Positions 23,648-36,894 of a DNA stretch of 64,000 nucleotides are shown here, one piece after another; position 1 is the stretch's first letter; every line of letters starts with the position of its first letter. Under the pieces are notes generated by a model. It worked only from the letters and a program-made list of their open reading frames with translations, had not been told where the DNA came from and ran no database searches. The translations under genes were made by a program, and so were the position numbers. This stretch comes from Heterodontus francisci (Eukaryota). The stretch is taken from positions 744,001 through 808,000 of the forward strand of contig NW_027141682.1 of assembly GCF_036365525.1 (NCBI RefSeq). Reading direction: 5' to 3'.

Positions 23648-26600
23648 AAAGAACAAAGAACAAAGAAAAGTACAGCACAGGAACAGGCCATTCGGCCCTC
23701 CAAGACTGCGCCGATCTTGATGCCTGCCCAAGCTAAAACGTTCTGCACTTCCGAGGCCGATATCCCTCTACTCCCTTCATATTCATGTATTTGTCAAGAT
23801 GTCTCTTAAACATCGCGATCGTATCTGCTTCTACCACCTCCCCTGGCAGCAGGTTTCAGGCGCTCAGCACCCTCTGTGTAAAAAACTTGCCTCGCACATC
23901 CCCTCTAAACTTTACCCCTCTCAACTTAAACCTATGTCCCCTCGTAACTAACTCTTCCACCCTGGAAAAAAGCTTCTGACTATCCACTCTGTCCATGCCG
24001 CTCATAACTTTGTCAACCTCTATCATGTCGCCCCTCTACCTCTGTCGTTCCAGTGAAAACAATCCGGGATTTTCCAACCTCTCCTCATAGCTAATGCCCT
24101 CCAGACCAGGCAAAATCCTGGTAAACCTCGTCTTTACCCTCTCCAAAGCCTCCACATCCTTCTGGTAGTGTGGCGTCCAGAATTGCACGCAATATTCTAA
24201 CCTAACTAAGGTTCTGTACAGCTGCAACATGACTTGCCAATTTTTATACTCTATGCCCCGACCGATGAAGGCAAGCATGCCGTATGCCTTCTTGACTACC
24301 TTATCCACCTGCGCTGCCACTTTCAGTGACCTGTGGACCTGTACGTCCAGATCACTCTGCCTGTCAATACTCCTAAGGGCTCAGCCATTTACTGTATACT
24401 TCCAACTTGTATTAGACCTTCCAAAATGCATTACCTCACATTTGTCCAGATTAAACTCCATCTGCCATTTCTCCGCCCAAGTCTCCAACCGATCTATATC
24501 CGGCTGTATCCTCTGACAATCCTCATCAATATCCTCAACTCCTCCAACTCAGCACAGATCCCTGCGGAACACCACTAGTCACAGCCCTCCATTCAGAAAG
24601 ACACCCATCCACTGATACCCTCTGTCTTCTATGACGGAACCAGTTCTGTATCCATCTTGCCAGCTCACCTCTGATCCTGTATGACTTCACAATTTGTACC
24701 AGTCTGCCATGAGGGACCTTATCAAAGGCTTTACTGAAGTCCATATAGATAAGATCCACTGCCCTTCCTTCATCAATCATCTTTGTCACTTCCTCGAAAA
24801 ACTCAATCAAATTAGTGAGACACGACCTCCCCTTCACAAAACTATGCTCTCTCTCGCTAATAAGTTCATTTGTTTCCAAATGGGAGTAAATCCTGTCCCG
24901 AATAATCCTCTCTAATAGTTTCCCTTCCACAGACGTAAGGCTCACCGGCCTATAATTTCCTGGATTATCATTGCCACCCTTCGAAAACAAAGGAACAACA
25001 TTGGCTATTTTCCCGTCCTCTGGGACCTCAACTGCAGCCAATGAGGATGCAAAGATTTCTGTCAAGGCCCCAGCAATTTTCTCCCTTGCCTCCCTCAGTA
25101 TTCTTGGGTAGATCTCATCAGGCACTGGGGACTTATCTACCTTAACGATTTGCAAGACGCCAAACACCTCCTCCTTTTTGATAATGAGATGAGTGACACT
25201 ATCTGCACTATTTTCCGTCGGCTCATCATCCACCTAGTCCTTCTCTTTGGTGAATACTGATGCAAAGTACTCATTTGGCACCTCGCCCATTTCCTCTGGC
25301 TCCACACATAGATTCCCATCTCTGTCCTTGAGTGGGCCAACCCTTTCCCGGTTACCCACTTGCTCCTATTATACGTATAAAAAGCCTTGGGATTTTCCTT
25401 AATCCTGTTTGGCAATGACTTTTCATGACCCCTTTTAGCCCTCCTAACTCCTTGCTTAAGTTCCTTACGACTGTCTTTATATTCCTCAAGTGCTTCATCT
25501 GTTCCTAGCCTTCCAGCCCTTGCAAATGCTTCCGTTTTCTTTTTGACGAGGCACACAATATCCTGCGTTATCCAAGCTTCCTGTAGCTTGTTAAAATTGT
25601 CTTTCTTCGGCACAGGAACATGCTGGTCCTGGATTCTAATCAGCTGACGTTTGAAAGACTCCCATATGTCAGATGTTGATTTACCCTCAAACAGCCACCG
25701 CCAATCTAAATTCTTCAGTTTTTGCCTAATATTGTTATAATTAGCCTTCCCCCAATTTAGCACCTTCCCCCGAGGATAACTCGTATTCAGCGAGGAGAGG
25801 GACATGACGGATGTTGAGTTTAGGAACAGATGTTTGATTACACTAGGTCAAGTCGGCATAAGGAGGGAGGAAGTGTTGGGTATTCTAAAGGGCATTAAGG
25901 TGGACAAGTCACCAGGTCCGGATGGGATCTATCCCAGGTTACTGAGGGAAGCGAGAGAGGAAATAGCTGGGGCCTTAACATATATCTTTGCAGCATCCTT
26001 AAACACGGGTGAGGTCCCGGAGGACTGGAGAATTGCTAATGTTGTCCCCTTGTTTAAGAAGGGTAGCAGGGATAATCCAGGTAATTATAGACCGGTGAGC
26101 CTGACGTCAGTGGTAGGGAAGCTGCTGGAGAAGATACTGAGGGATAGGATCTATTCCCATTTGGATGAAAATGGGCTTATCAGTGAAAGGCAACATGGTT
26201 TTGTGCAGGGAAGGTCATGTCTTACCAACTTAATAGAATTCTTTGAGGAAGTGACAAAGTTGATTGATGAGGGAAGGGCTGTCGATGTCATATACATGGA
26301 CTTCAGTAAGGCGTTTGATAAGGTTCCCCATGGCAGGCTGATGGAGAAAGTGAAGGCGCATGGGGTCCAAGGTGTACTAGCTCGATGGATAAAGAACTGG
26401 CTGGGCAACAGGAGACAGAGAGTAGCAGTAGAAGGGAGTTTCTCAAAATGGAGACGTGTGACCAGTGGTGTTCCACAGGGATCCGTGCTGGGACCACTGT
26501 TGTTTGTGATATACATTAATGATTTGGAGGAAAGTATAGGTGGACTGATTAGCAAGTTTGCAGACGACACTAAGATTGGTGGAGTAGCAGATAGTGAAGG

Positions 26601-28865
26601 GGACTGTCAGAGAATACAGCAGAATATAGATAGATTGGAGAGTTGGGCAGAGAAATGGCAGATGGAGTTCAATCAGGGCAAATGCGAGGTGATGCATTTT
26701 GGAAGATCCAATTCAAGAGTGAACTATACAGTAAATGGAAAAGTCCTGGGGAAAATTGATGTCCAGAGAGATTTGGGTGTTCAGGTCCACTGTTCCCTGA
26801 AGGTGGCAACGCAGGTAAATAGAGTGGTCAAGAAGGCATACGGCATGCTTTCCTTCATCGGACGGGTTATTGAGGACAAGAGTTGGCAGGTCATGTTACA
26901 GTTGTATAGGACATTGTTTCGGCCACATTTGGAATACTGCGTGCAGTTCTGGTCGCCACATTACCAAAATGATGTGGATGCTTTGGAGAGGGTGCAGAGG
27001 AGGCTCACCAGGATGTTGCCTGGTATGGAGGGCGCTAGCTATGAAGAGAGGTTGAGTAGATTAGGATTATTTTCATGAGAAATACGGAGGTTGAGGGGGG
27101 ACCTGATTGAGGTGTCAAAATCATGAGAGGTATAGACAGGGTGGACAGCAAGAGGCTTTTTCCCAGAGTGGGGGATTCAATTACTCGAGGACACGAGTTC
27201 AAAGTGAAAGGGGAAAAGTTTAGGGGTGATATGCGTGGAAAGTTCTTTCCGCAGAAGGTGGTGGGTGCCTGGAACGCGTTGCCAGCGGAGGTGGTAGATG
27301 CGGGCACGATGGCGGCTGTTAAGATGTATCTAGACAGATACATGAATGGGCAGGAAGAAAAGAGATACAGAACCTTAGAAAATAGGCGACATGTTTAGAG
27401 AGAGGATCTGGATCGGCGCAGGCTTGGATGGCCGAAGGGCCTGTTCCTGTGCTGTAATTATCTTTGTTCTTTGTTCTTTGTTCTTATCCTTATCCACAAG
27501 AACCGTAAAATTTAGGGAATTATGGTCACTGCTCCAGAAATGCTCCCCCACTGAAAGTTCGACCACCTGGCCGGGCTCATTCCCCAATACCAGGTCCAGA
27601 ATGGCCCCATCCCTAGTTGGACTATCTACATACTGTTTCAAGAAGCCCTCCTGGATGCTCCTCACAAATTCTTCCCCATTCAAGCCCCGAGGACAAATTG
27701 AGTCCCCGTCAGTATAGGGGAAGTTAAAATCACCCACCACCACAGCCCTGTTACCTTTACATCTTTCCAAAATCTGTCTACATATCTGCTCCTCGACTGC
27801 CCGATGACTGTTGGGAAGCCTATAGTAAACCCCCAACATCGTGACTGCCCCCTTACTATTGCCTCGCTGCATGACCCCTCTGAGGTGTCCTCCCGCAGTA
27901 CAGCTGTGATATTCTCCTGAACAAGTAACGCAACACCCCCACCTCTTTTACATCCCCCTCTGTCCCGCCTGAAACTTCTAAATTCTGGAACATTTAGCTG
28001 CGAATCCTGCCCTTCCCGCAACCAATTCTCTGTAATGGCAACAACATCATATTTCCAAGTACTAATCCAAGCTCTCTGTTCATCTGCCTTACCTGTTATA
28101 CTTCTCGCATTGAAGCAATTACACTTCAGACCACTAGTCCCGCTGTGCTCAGCAACATCTCCCTGCCTGCTCTTCCTCTTAGTCCCATTTCGCCTTATTT
28201 ACAATTTTCTTTGTTCTTTGTTCTTCGGTGCATCCACTTGCCGCTCCAACCGACCAATGCGGTCTGTGAGGAGCTGCAGCTGGGTACACTTCCTGCAGAT
28301 GCAGTCGTCCGGAACGCTGGAAGCGTCACCGTCCTCCCACATTTCACAGGTGAAGCACTTCACCCCACTAACTGACATTTCTAGCACAATTTAATAAATT
28401 AATTTAAAATAAATAAATGTTTATTAAATCCTTACTAAATTATGATACACTTAACTATGTGGTCCCTAGTGATAGATTTCGACAATAAATACTAAATGCT
28501 ATCTAAATACAGTAATCTCCTCCCTCTGGTTTAGTTACTCTACTTATTAATTTAGTTAATTAGGTTTTAATCAATTTTTATCAGTTTTATTTTCAAATTC
28601 GGTACAGATTCCCTACCAGCCAATCAGGTAACAGCTTTCCTGTGACGTCACTTTTTCAGTTTTTTTTCCCACCCGTGGTGACATACCAGTCTGGAACTCC
28701 GCCCTCCGAGTCTGCTCCGAGAATCCCCGACGTAAGTTTTTTATTCTTCCCAGTCTGGAACTCCGCCCTCTGAGTCTTCTCCGTGGATGTCGGCTGCGAA
28801 TCCCCGAGGCAAGGTTTTTATACTTACCGGTCTGGAACTCCGCCCTCCGGGTCTTCTCCGTGGAT
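23648..28865 (-). mobile_element. Full-length-type CR1 (HER1-type) LINE with internal deletions and a nested insertion
   Basis: Co-linear with the element at 52368-57050: tail (GAACAAA)n at 23648, RT ORFs 24036-25233, APE 27375-28021, ORF1 N-terminus 28199-28387, 5' UTR to about 28865. Confidence 0.93.
25783..27483 (+). mobile_element. Nested 5'-truncated CR1 LINE in opposite orientation
   Basis: 424-aa ORF 25804-27078 with intact RT motifs (KFADDT); tail (TTCTTTG)n; host sequence ACTC|TTATCC is split around it. Confidence 0.95.
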
Positions 28866-29182
28866 ATGAAATAGAAATGCATCAAAAACGAAATGGTTAA
28901 CGCAGAAGAAGAGGATTAAAAAAAACTGGGAACACGCCTGGACATCGTGAAGCAAGTAATAGTAAAATGCTAATTGGGACACAACGAGCAAACGTGAAAT
29001 GTTCAATAATAATGCACATTGGACACGATCAGTTAAATGTGGAACAAATAACAAAAAGGTGAATTGCATTAAATCTGGTAAATGTGAAGTGTTCAATAAT
29101 AATACATGCTAGACGACAACTGTAAAATATGAAACGTTTAATAACATTGTACTCTTGATCAAATCAGGCATATGTGACACAA

Positions 29183-29520
29183 GCGGCACATTGGCGCAGT
29201 GTTTCACACCGCAGCCTCACAGCGACCCGGGTTCAATTCTCGGTCCTGCCTGTGTGGAGTTTGCAAATTCTACCTGTGTTTGTGTGGGTTTCCTCCAGGT
29301 GCCCCGGTTTCCTCCCACAGCCAAAAGACTTGCAGGTTGATAAGTGAATTGGTTATCATAAATTGCCACTAGTATAGGTAGGTGGTAGGGGAATATAAGG
29401 ACAGGTGAGGATGTGGTAGAAATATGGGATTAGTGTCGGATTAGTATAAATGGGTGGTTCATGGTTGGCACAGACTCGGTGGCCCGAAGGGCCTGTTTCA
29501 GTGCTGTATGTCTAAATCTG
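29183..29520 (+). mobile_element. HE1-type SINE
   Basis: Head, V-domain and tail match 2322-2658. Confidence 0.9.
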
Positions 29521-29994
29521 AGAAAAAAATTAAAGTAATCATAATGCACATGGACACATCATTTTTATTTAATATAATGAACACTAGAACCCATTGAGCT
29601 GATGTGACAATTATAATGACAATATACACTACACCAAATCTGTGACACATTTAACAATAATACAATAAACAATAGTAACAACTGGTCAAGCTGAAGCATT
29701 TAATAATAAATAATGCACATTGGGCCACATCTGATCACGATGAAGCATCTAGCAATGCTACACACTAGACCGCATCCAAAAAATGTGAAATATATAATAG
29801 TGATAAATACTGGACCACATCTGGCAAATGCTTAATAATAATACTCACTGGGCAGCATCTGCTAAATGTGAAACATTTGTTAATAATGCACACTGGACCG
29901 CATCTGTAAGTATGAAGATTTTAATAATAGTTCTCACTTGACCACATGTGAAGCTTTGAATAATAGTGCACACATGACTGCATTTCGAAAGCAG

Positions 29995-30565
29995 GGTACA
30001 GAACCTTAGTTGGGCCACACTTGGAATATTACGTGCAATTCTGGTCGCCAAACTACCGGAAGGACGTGGAGGCTTTGGAGAGGGTACAGAGGAGGTTTAT
30101 CAGAATGTTGCCTGGTCTGGAGCGCATTACCTCTGAGGAGAGGTTGGAAAAATTCGGATTGTTTTCACTGGAACGACGGAGGTGGAGGGGCGACATGATA
30201 GAGGTTTACAAAGTTATGAGCGGCATGGACAGAGTGGATAGTCAGAAGCTTTCTCTTAGGGTGGAAGAGTCAGTTACAGGGGGACATTAGTTTAAGGTAC
30301 GAGGGGCAAAGTTTAGAGGGGATGTGCGAGGCAAGTTTTTTACACAAAGGGTGGTGAGTGCCTGGAACTTGCTGCCAGGGGAGGTGGTGGAAGCAGATAC
30401 GATAGCGACGTTTAAGAGACATCTTGACAAATACATGAATAGGAAGGGAACAAAGGGATATGGGCCCCGGAAGTGCAGAAGGTGTCAGTTTAGGCAGGCA
30501 TCAAGATCGGCGCAGGCTTGGAGGGCCGAATGGCCTGTCCCTGTGCTGTACTGTCCTGTTCTTTG
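29995..30565 (+). mobile_element. CR1 (HER1-type) 3' fragment
   Basis: [22 protein letters not shown] and a tail highly similar to 16730-17300. Confidence 0.93.
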
Positions 30566-31992
30566 AAACTGTGAAGCATTTAATAATAATAGAAGCGGAC
30601 CACATTTGTTAAATGTGAAATATTTAATAATAAGACCCATTAGCTCTCATCTGGAAAAAGCTAAGCATTCAATAATAATTCATACTGCACTACATCTGGT
30701 ATATATAAAATATTTAATAATAAATCATACTGGGCCACCGACAGTAAATGTGTATAATGTTAGAATACTGCACATTGGGCGGCATCTGATAAATGTGAAG
30801 CATTCAATAATAGGGCACACTGGACCACATCTGGCAAAAGTAAAACATTTAATAGCAATACACACATTGACCACATCTGGTAAATGTGAAGTATTTAATA
30901 ATGCTGCGCACTGGCAGCAACAAATAAATGCAAAACATTTAATAATAATGCACAGTAGATTTAATGTGGTAAAAGTGAAGTATTTAATAATGAATCACAC
31001 TAGACGTATCTGAAGCTTCTGAAACATTTAATAATAATAATAATGCATACTGGACCACACTGGAATGTGTGAAATTGTTACTCGTATTGCACCCAGGGCA
31101 GCATCTGGCAAATGTAAAACATTTAATAATGATGTGCGCTGGATCACATCAGGTAATTAAGAAACATTTAATAATGATGCACACAAGCTCGCAACTGGAA
31201 TGTATGACATTTATATAATAATGCACACTTGGAAGCATCCGGTAAGTGTGAAACATTTAATAATAAGGCACATTAGACCAAATCTGGGAAATGTCAAACA
31301 ATAACAATGCAAACGAGACCTCATCTGGAAAAATGTGAAATATGTAGTAGTAATTCACACTGGAAGATAACTGGTGAATTTAAAATATGTAATAATGCCA
31401 ATCACAAGAAGTGGCATGCGATAGATAAGGGTAAGCGACCCCACATAGATTTTTGTTCGACGATGAAGGGTGACAGAACAAATGTCGGAAGATGGGTCTA
31501 AGATCCAGATCAGCTGAGATGTCACCGAATGAGAGCAGGATCAAGGAGCTGAATGATCTCCTCTCGTTCCTATAACAGAGAAGGAGAGACAGAGGCAGTG
31601 AGAATAAGTGGTGTCCCTGTCTCACTAATATAAATTATGCTTTCAGAACTGATCATTGTGGAACATCACTTCCCTCTGGTCGCAAAGAGAAAAACACCCA
31701 CAGCCGCCACATGGAATACCCCACCCCATTGTCTGAGCATGTTTGTGTGCTGATATTGTGCCGGTTAATTGACCTGAAGTCTGCAGGTACTAACTAAACC
31801 AGCAGCAGTCCAACAAGCTCACATGTCCTCCTGATAAAATGCACCATCCTCCAAATCGTGACCAGTGACAAAATTCAACAGTGGGTTTTAAAACTGTCAG
31901 ATCAGCATTTACTTCAACTTATCCAACAAGGAATTCAGGAGACAATTCTTCAAAATGTGTTTGGAAAGCTGAACATGATAGAACTTGTGACA

Positions 31993-33565
31993 TGAAGGCA
32001 GATTAGAAATACAATATCAATTAGAAAGGAACTTGAAGATATTTCAGACTGATGTTAGCAGTGACCTTAAATGCTGAGACCCTCAGAAACACTTTACCTC
32101 AGACAAACAGGAAATTAGGCCCTGACAGTAAGAACAGTGAATGAGAACCGAGAATGTGCTTAAACAGATTAAATTAAAGTATGCTGTGACAATTTGTCGC
32201 TGGTTCTTTCAACCGAAGCTCATCGCAATGAATTCCGAAGGCCACCGCAATTAGAGAAACAACAGATCTTACTCCCAGGCAATTATTTACGAATAATATT
32301 GCATTCAATAAATTTGTGATAACTAGAGATGGTCAATATTCCATCTAATTGATTTTAAAACATAAAGAAGGGAATTTACTTCGGGAAACCGTATAAAGTG
32401 AATAGATAATGCAAACAAACCACGCTGCAGTTTTACATCGGGACGGCAGAACCTGGGGAGTTTGAGATAAATTGTGAGCACAAAGGCAGCTACAGCACTG
32501 AGTTTATTAAAGGACATTAGTCTCCCACCACTCTGCAGATCTATGTCTCAGTGAAATGATCAACTCTGGCAGGCTGAATAAGGGAGTGGAATTAATATAA
32601 ACTACGAGATCGGAACGTCGCCTGAAATATTCACCAGAAGGGTTTAGTTGCTGCAAACAAGACGCACACACACTCACAAATATGACCAAGTGCCAGATGG
32701 AAAATGGAATAGCAAATAGGCAAACAAGTGGAAAATGGTCAACACTGAACACTACAGTAACAGCTGCTAGTCGTGAAAAAGAAAGTTTGTGGTTTCCCCT
32801 TGTAGGAGTGTTAGTTTAAAGAAAGAGGAACTTCGCCTCCAGCAGAAAGGGCAGTGACACAGTGCAAAATAACTCAATATATATTTACTAGAATATCCAC
32901 TGACTGTGTATATTTTCCCAATGGATGTCGAACATTGCATGCTGCATTTATGTTTAGAATAGATTTATATAATTTTACAGCACAGAAGGAGGCCATTCAC
33001 CCATCGTTCCCATGCTAGCTCCTTGAAATGGCTGTCCAATATGCTCCTATATCCCAGCGCTATTCCCATTATCCCAGAAATCAGTTCCCTTCTAGTTCAA
33101 GTCCAGTTGTCTTTTCAAAGTCCTGGTGGAATCTGCTTCCTCCATTCCTTTGGATGACACATTCCAGACCGCACTAGCCCTCAATGTGAGAATGATGCTT
33201 CTCATTTCTCCTCGAGTTCTTTTCCAAATATATTAAATGCTTAACCATTGGTTACTGACACACTTGTGACAGGAAGCAGTTTCTCCCTACTTTCACTCTC
33301 AAACCCTAATAATTGTGAATACCTCTGTTAGGTCTTTCCTTACACTCCTCTGTTCCATAGAGAGAAAACCCAGTTTCTAATGTCTCCCAAAGTAACTGAA
33401 GTATTTCATCTTTTGCACAAATCCCAGCTTATATAATCACTGATAGAACAATATTTAAATCAACTTATTGCGTTTGGAAAACCTCACATCCCATCAACTT
33501 AAATCGTGTATCATCTGACACAATCAAACACACATAAAACTGTTTGACTTCCCTTGCTCCATCCT
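31993..33565 (+). repeat. Local duplication, copy 1 (includes a minus CR1 3' relic at about 32960-33420)
   Basis: Co-linear with 34423-35985 from TGAAGGCAG..CAATATCAATTAGAAAGGAACTTGAAGATATTTCAGACTGATG to CATCTGACACAATCA. Confidence 0.9.
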
Positions 33566-33689
33566 ATCTTACATTTGCCTTACAAGTATGGCAACACCTT
33601 AATATTCTCAGGGAACATTAATTATCATTCTGGGTGATTTTTAATCGCGCTCTATTCCTCTGTGTTATTCACTCTTCATAAACTGAACT

Positions 33690-34257
33690 AATAATTCAGA
33701 GGCCTGGACTAATGATCCTGAGATATCAATTCATAATCCCACCAGGGAAGCTGCGGCAATAGAAATTCAATGAATAAATAAACTAGGAATTTAAAAAAAA
33801 ACAATCCGTTTCAGTAATGGTGAGGGTGAAAATACCAGCTCATAATATGATATACAAATGTTTTAGGGGCGGCACAGCGGCACATTGGTTGCAACCGCAG
33901 CCTCACAGCTCCAACGAACCGGGTTCGATTCTAGGTACTGCCTGTGCAGAGTTTGCTAGTTCTGCCTGTGATCATGTGGGTTTCGTTTCCTCCCACAGCC
34001 AAAGACTTGCAGGTTGATAGGTAAATTGGCCATTATAAAATTGCTCCTAGTATAGATAGGTGGTAGGGGAATTGAGGGAAGAAGGGGTAGGAATATGGGA
34101 TTAATGTAGGATTCGTATAAATGGGTGGTTGATGCTTGGCACGGACTCGGTGGGCCAAAGTGCCTTTTTCAGTCCTGTATCATAAAATGAAAAAAAAAAT
34201 CTAAAGCCATCTGGTTCATTAATGTCGGTGAGGGAAGGAAATCTGCTGTCCTTCCTT
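33690..34257 (+). mobile_element. Second-family SINE interrupted by an HE1-type SINE (33866-34195)
   Basis: Head matches the reverse complement of 5950-6098; resumes at 34205 CCATCTGGTTCATTAATGTC..AGGGAAGGAAATCTGCTGTCC; HE1 head, V-domain and tail in between. Confidence 0.8.
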
Positions 34258-34422
34258 GATAAATTGGGTAGATCTATATCTCTGTGATATGGTCAACTCT
34301 TGCATACAGAATGAGGAAGTGGAGGATAAATCATTAGAATGGAATGCTTTTAGTAATTACTGGTAGGTTTACAGACTGTTTACTCATCGTCACAAAAATC
34401 ACATTTCGTGTGTTATCGGTAT

Positions 34423-35985
34423 TGAAGGCAGCTTAGAAATTCAATATCAATTAGAAAGGAACTTGAAGATATTTCAGACTGATGTTAGCAGTTACCTCAA
34501 ATGCTGAAAGCCTCAGAAACACTTCACTTCAGACAAACAGGAAGTTATCCCCTGACAGTGAGAACAGAGCATGAGAACCAACAGTATGTTTAAACAGATT
34601 GAATCAAAATATACTGTGCATTATTTCTGATATGCTTTCAACTGAAGCTCATATTAATGAATTCCAAGGCCAGCAAATCACAGGAGAAATAATAGATCTT
34701 ACTCAAAGGCTATCATTTACGAGTAATATTGCATTCATGTAATTTAATATTCCATCTAATTGATTTTAAGGCATAAATACGGAAAGTTATTTAGGGAAAC
34801 CGTGCAAAGAGATTAGATAATGCAAACAAACTGCACTGCGGTTTTACAGAATGATGACAGTACTTGAAAAGATTGAGATAAATTGTGAGCGCAAAGGCAG
34901 CTACAACACTGAGTTTATAGAAGGACATCCCCGGCTCTGCAGTTCTTTGTCTCAGTGAAATGCTCAGCTCCAGCGGGAAGAATGAGGAAGTGGAATTTAT
35001 AAAAACTATGATATCTGAAAGCCGCCTGAATTATGCACCAAAAGGGTTTAGTTGTTGCAAACAATACACACATGCTCACAAATGTAAAAAGGTGCCTGAA
35101 ATTCGGATGCAAGATGGAAAATGGAATGACAAATACGCAAACAAACGGTAAATTGTCAGCCCCGAACAGGAAAATAACAGCAGTTAGGTTTTATAAAGAA
35201 AAGTTGTGGTTTACACTTGCAGGAAAGATAGTTCAAAGAAAGAGGAACTTCACCTCCTGCAGAAAGGACAGTGTCTCAGAACAAAGTGTCTAAATATGTA
35301 TTGATTTCAATATTCACTGACTTTGTATATTGTATCAGTAAATGTCGAGCATTACATGCTGCATTTATGTCTAGAATAGATTTCTAGAATCCTACAGCAC
35401 AGAAGGAGGCCATTCACCTGTCTTGCCCATGCTGGCTCCTTGAAAAATCTGCCCAATATCCTTCCACATCCTGGCGTTATTCCCATTGACACTACAAATC
35501 AGTTTCCTTCAAGTTACAGTCCAGTTGTCTTTTCAAAGACCAGATGGAAACTGCTTCCAACATTCATTTAGGTAGTACATTCCAAATGACAAGAACCCTC
35601 AGTATGACGCTGATTTTTCTGATTTCCCTACTCGTTGTTTTCCAAGTATAGTAAATCGTTGACCATTGGGTACTGACCCACTTGTGACAGGAGCAGATTC
35701 TCTCTATTTTATCTATCAAACGCCATAATAATTGTGAACACCTCTGTTAGGTCTCTCCTTAGACTCTGCGTTCCACAGAGAACAACCCCAGTTTATATTA
35801 TCTCCCAAAGTAACTCAAGTATTTCATCTCTGCTGGCAATCCCAGCTTCTACAATCACATATAGAGCAGTATTTAACTCAAATTAACACCTCTGGGAAAC
35901 CTCAAACCTCAACAACTTAAATCGTGCATCATCTGACACAATCAGACACAAATAAAACGGTGTGCCATCCGTTGTTCCTTCCCAT
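34423..35985 (+). repeat. Local duplication, copy 2
   Basis: Co-linear with 31993-33565 with scattered substitutions and indels. Confidence 0.9.
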
Positions 35986-36894
35986 TCCTTTTCCATATAT
36001 GATAGAGGCGAATTTCCCTGGAAGACAATTCTGATGGTAGCGTCTCTCGGCCTTGTCTTGGGTAGAATGGACACTTCCAGTGTTGGAGCTGAGACGCTGT
36101 TTCTCCATGAACAGTCTGATTACGGAAGGTGCAAACACGGCCCCTGACAGAGTCCTCATCAGAAATCCATTAATCAACACTTTACAAAGGGGCCACCAGG
36201 TCACTATGAGCAGCCGGCACTCTCTCTGTGCTTCTTGCTCTGCCTTCAATCACTCAACTCTCTTGAAAACTGTCCCCAGTCTCACTCCCTCAGTTTTACT
36301 CACTGAGGATGCAGCATAGGCAATCATCTGCTCCAATAGCTTTCCAATCTCGAGTAATACAGACCAAACTACTTGTTGAGTTCATCCACTGAGCTACTGG
36401 AGATTGGACACCTCACTCCCACTGCCGATCTGGATATCTGTCAACTCAACTACCTCACAAATCCTAAATCCAGTTCTTTGGTATAAATTATTTAACCACT
36501 CACCAAACAGCAGTGTTAAGGCGGCTCTGTCCATGTCCTTGTGGGAGCTGCTTCGAGACATGAGAGCCGTAAACAATCACGACTGAATCTCTTTCTTCAG
36601 CTCACAGAAGTTCAACCCAGGAAGATAATATGGGAGTGGATACAGACGCTGGGAGGAAATGAAGTGCTCACCACAACTAAAGCCACAGCACTGAGTTCTG
36701 TACAACAGTGAGTGAGATACTGATGAAAATATTGCAAGGACCAAAATGACAGCCGATGGATATTAGGCAATGATGACAGGATGAAGCAGCTGGAACAGGT
36801 TCCACACTCAGAACAATAGAGAAGTAAATGTGTGTTTGTTTGAGACCTTTTCTCTCATCGTAGTTTAGAGTGCAATGCTGAGAATAGTCCTTCC

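Larger units (their letters stand above)
28870..31405. repeat. Degenerate AT-rich 45-bp tandem array interrupted by a SINE and a CR1
   Basis: Consensus about CACACTGGACCACATCTGGTAAATGTGAAGCATTTAATAATAATG; CATCTG recurs at 30783 and 30828; ORF 30606 shows a 15-aa period. Confidence 0.85.

Noticed and set aside
26151-26697. Antisense ORFs over CR1 RT (also 16433, 24229, 52935, 55391)
   Set aside because: Recurrent shadow frames of the same LINE sequence, with no independent coding evidence
30606-31013. 135-aa His-periodic ORF resembling a zinc-finger or repeat protein
   Set aside because: Translation of the 45-bp satellite; no Cys pairs, and neighbouring units contain stops
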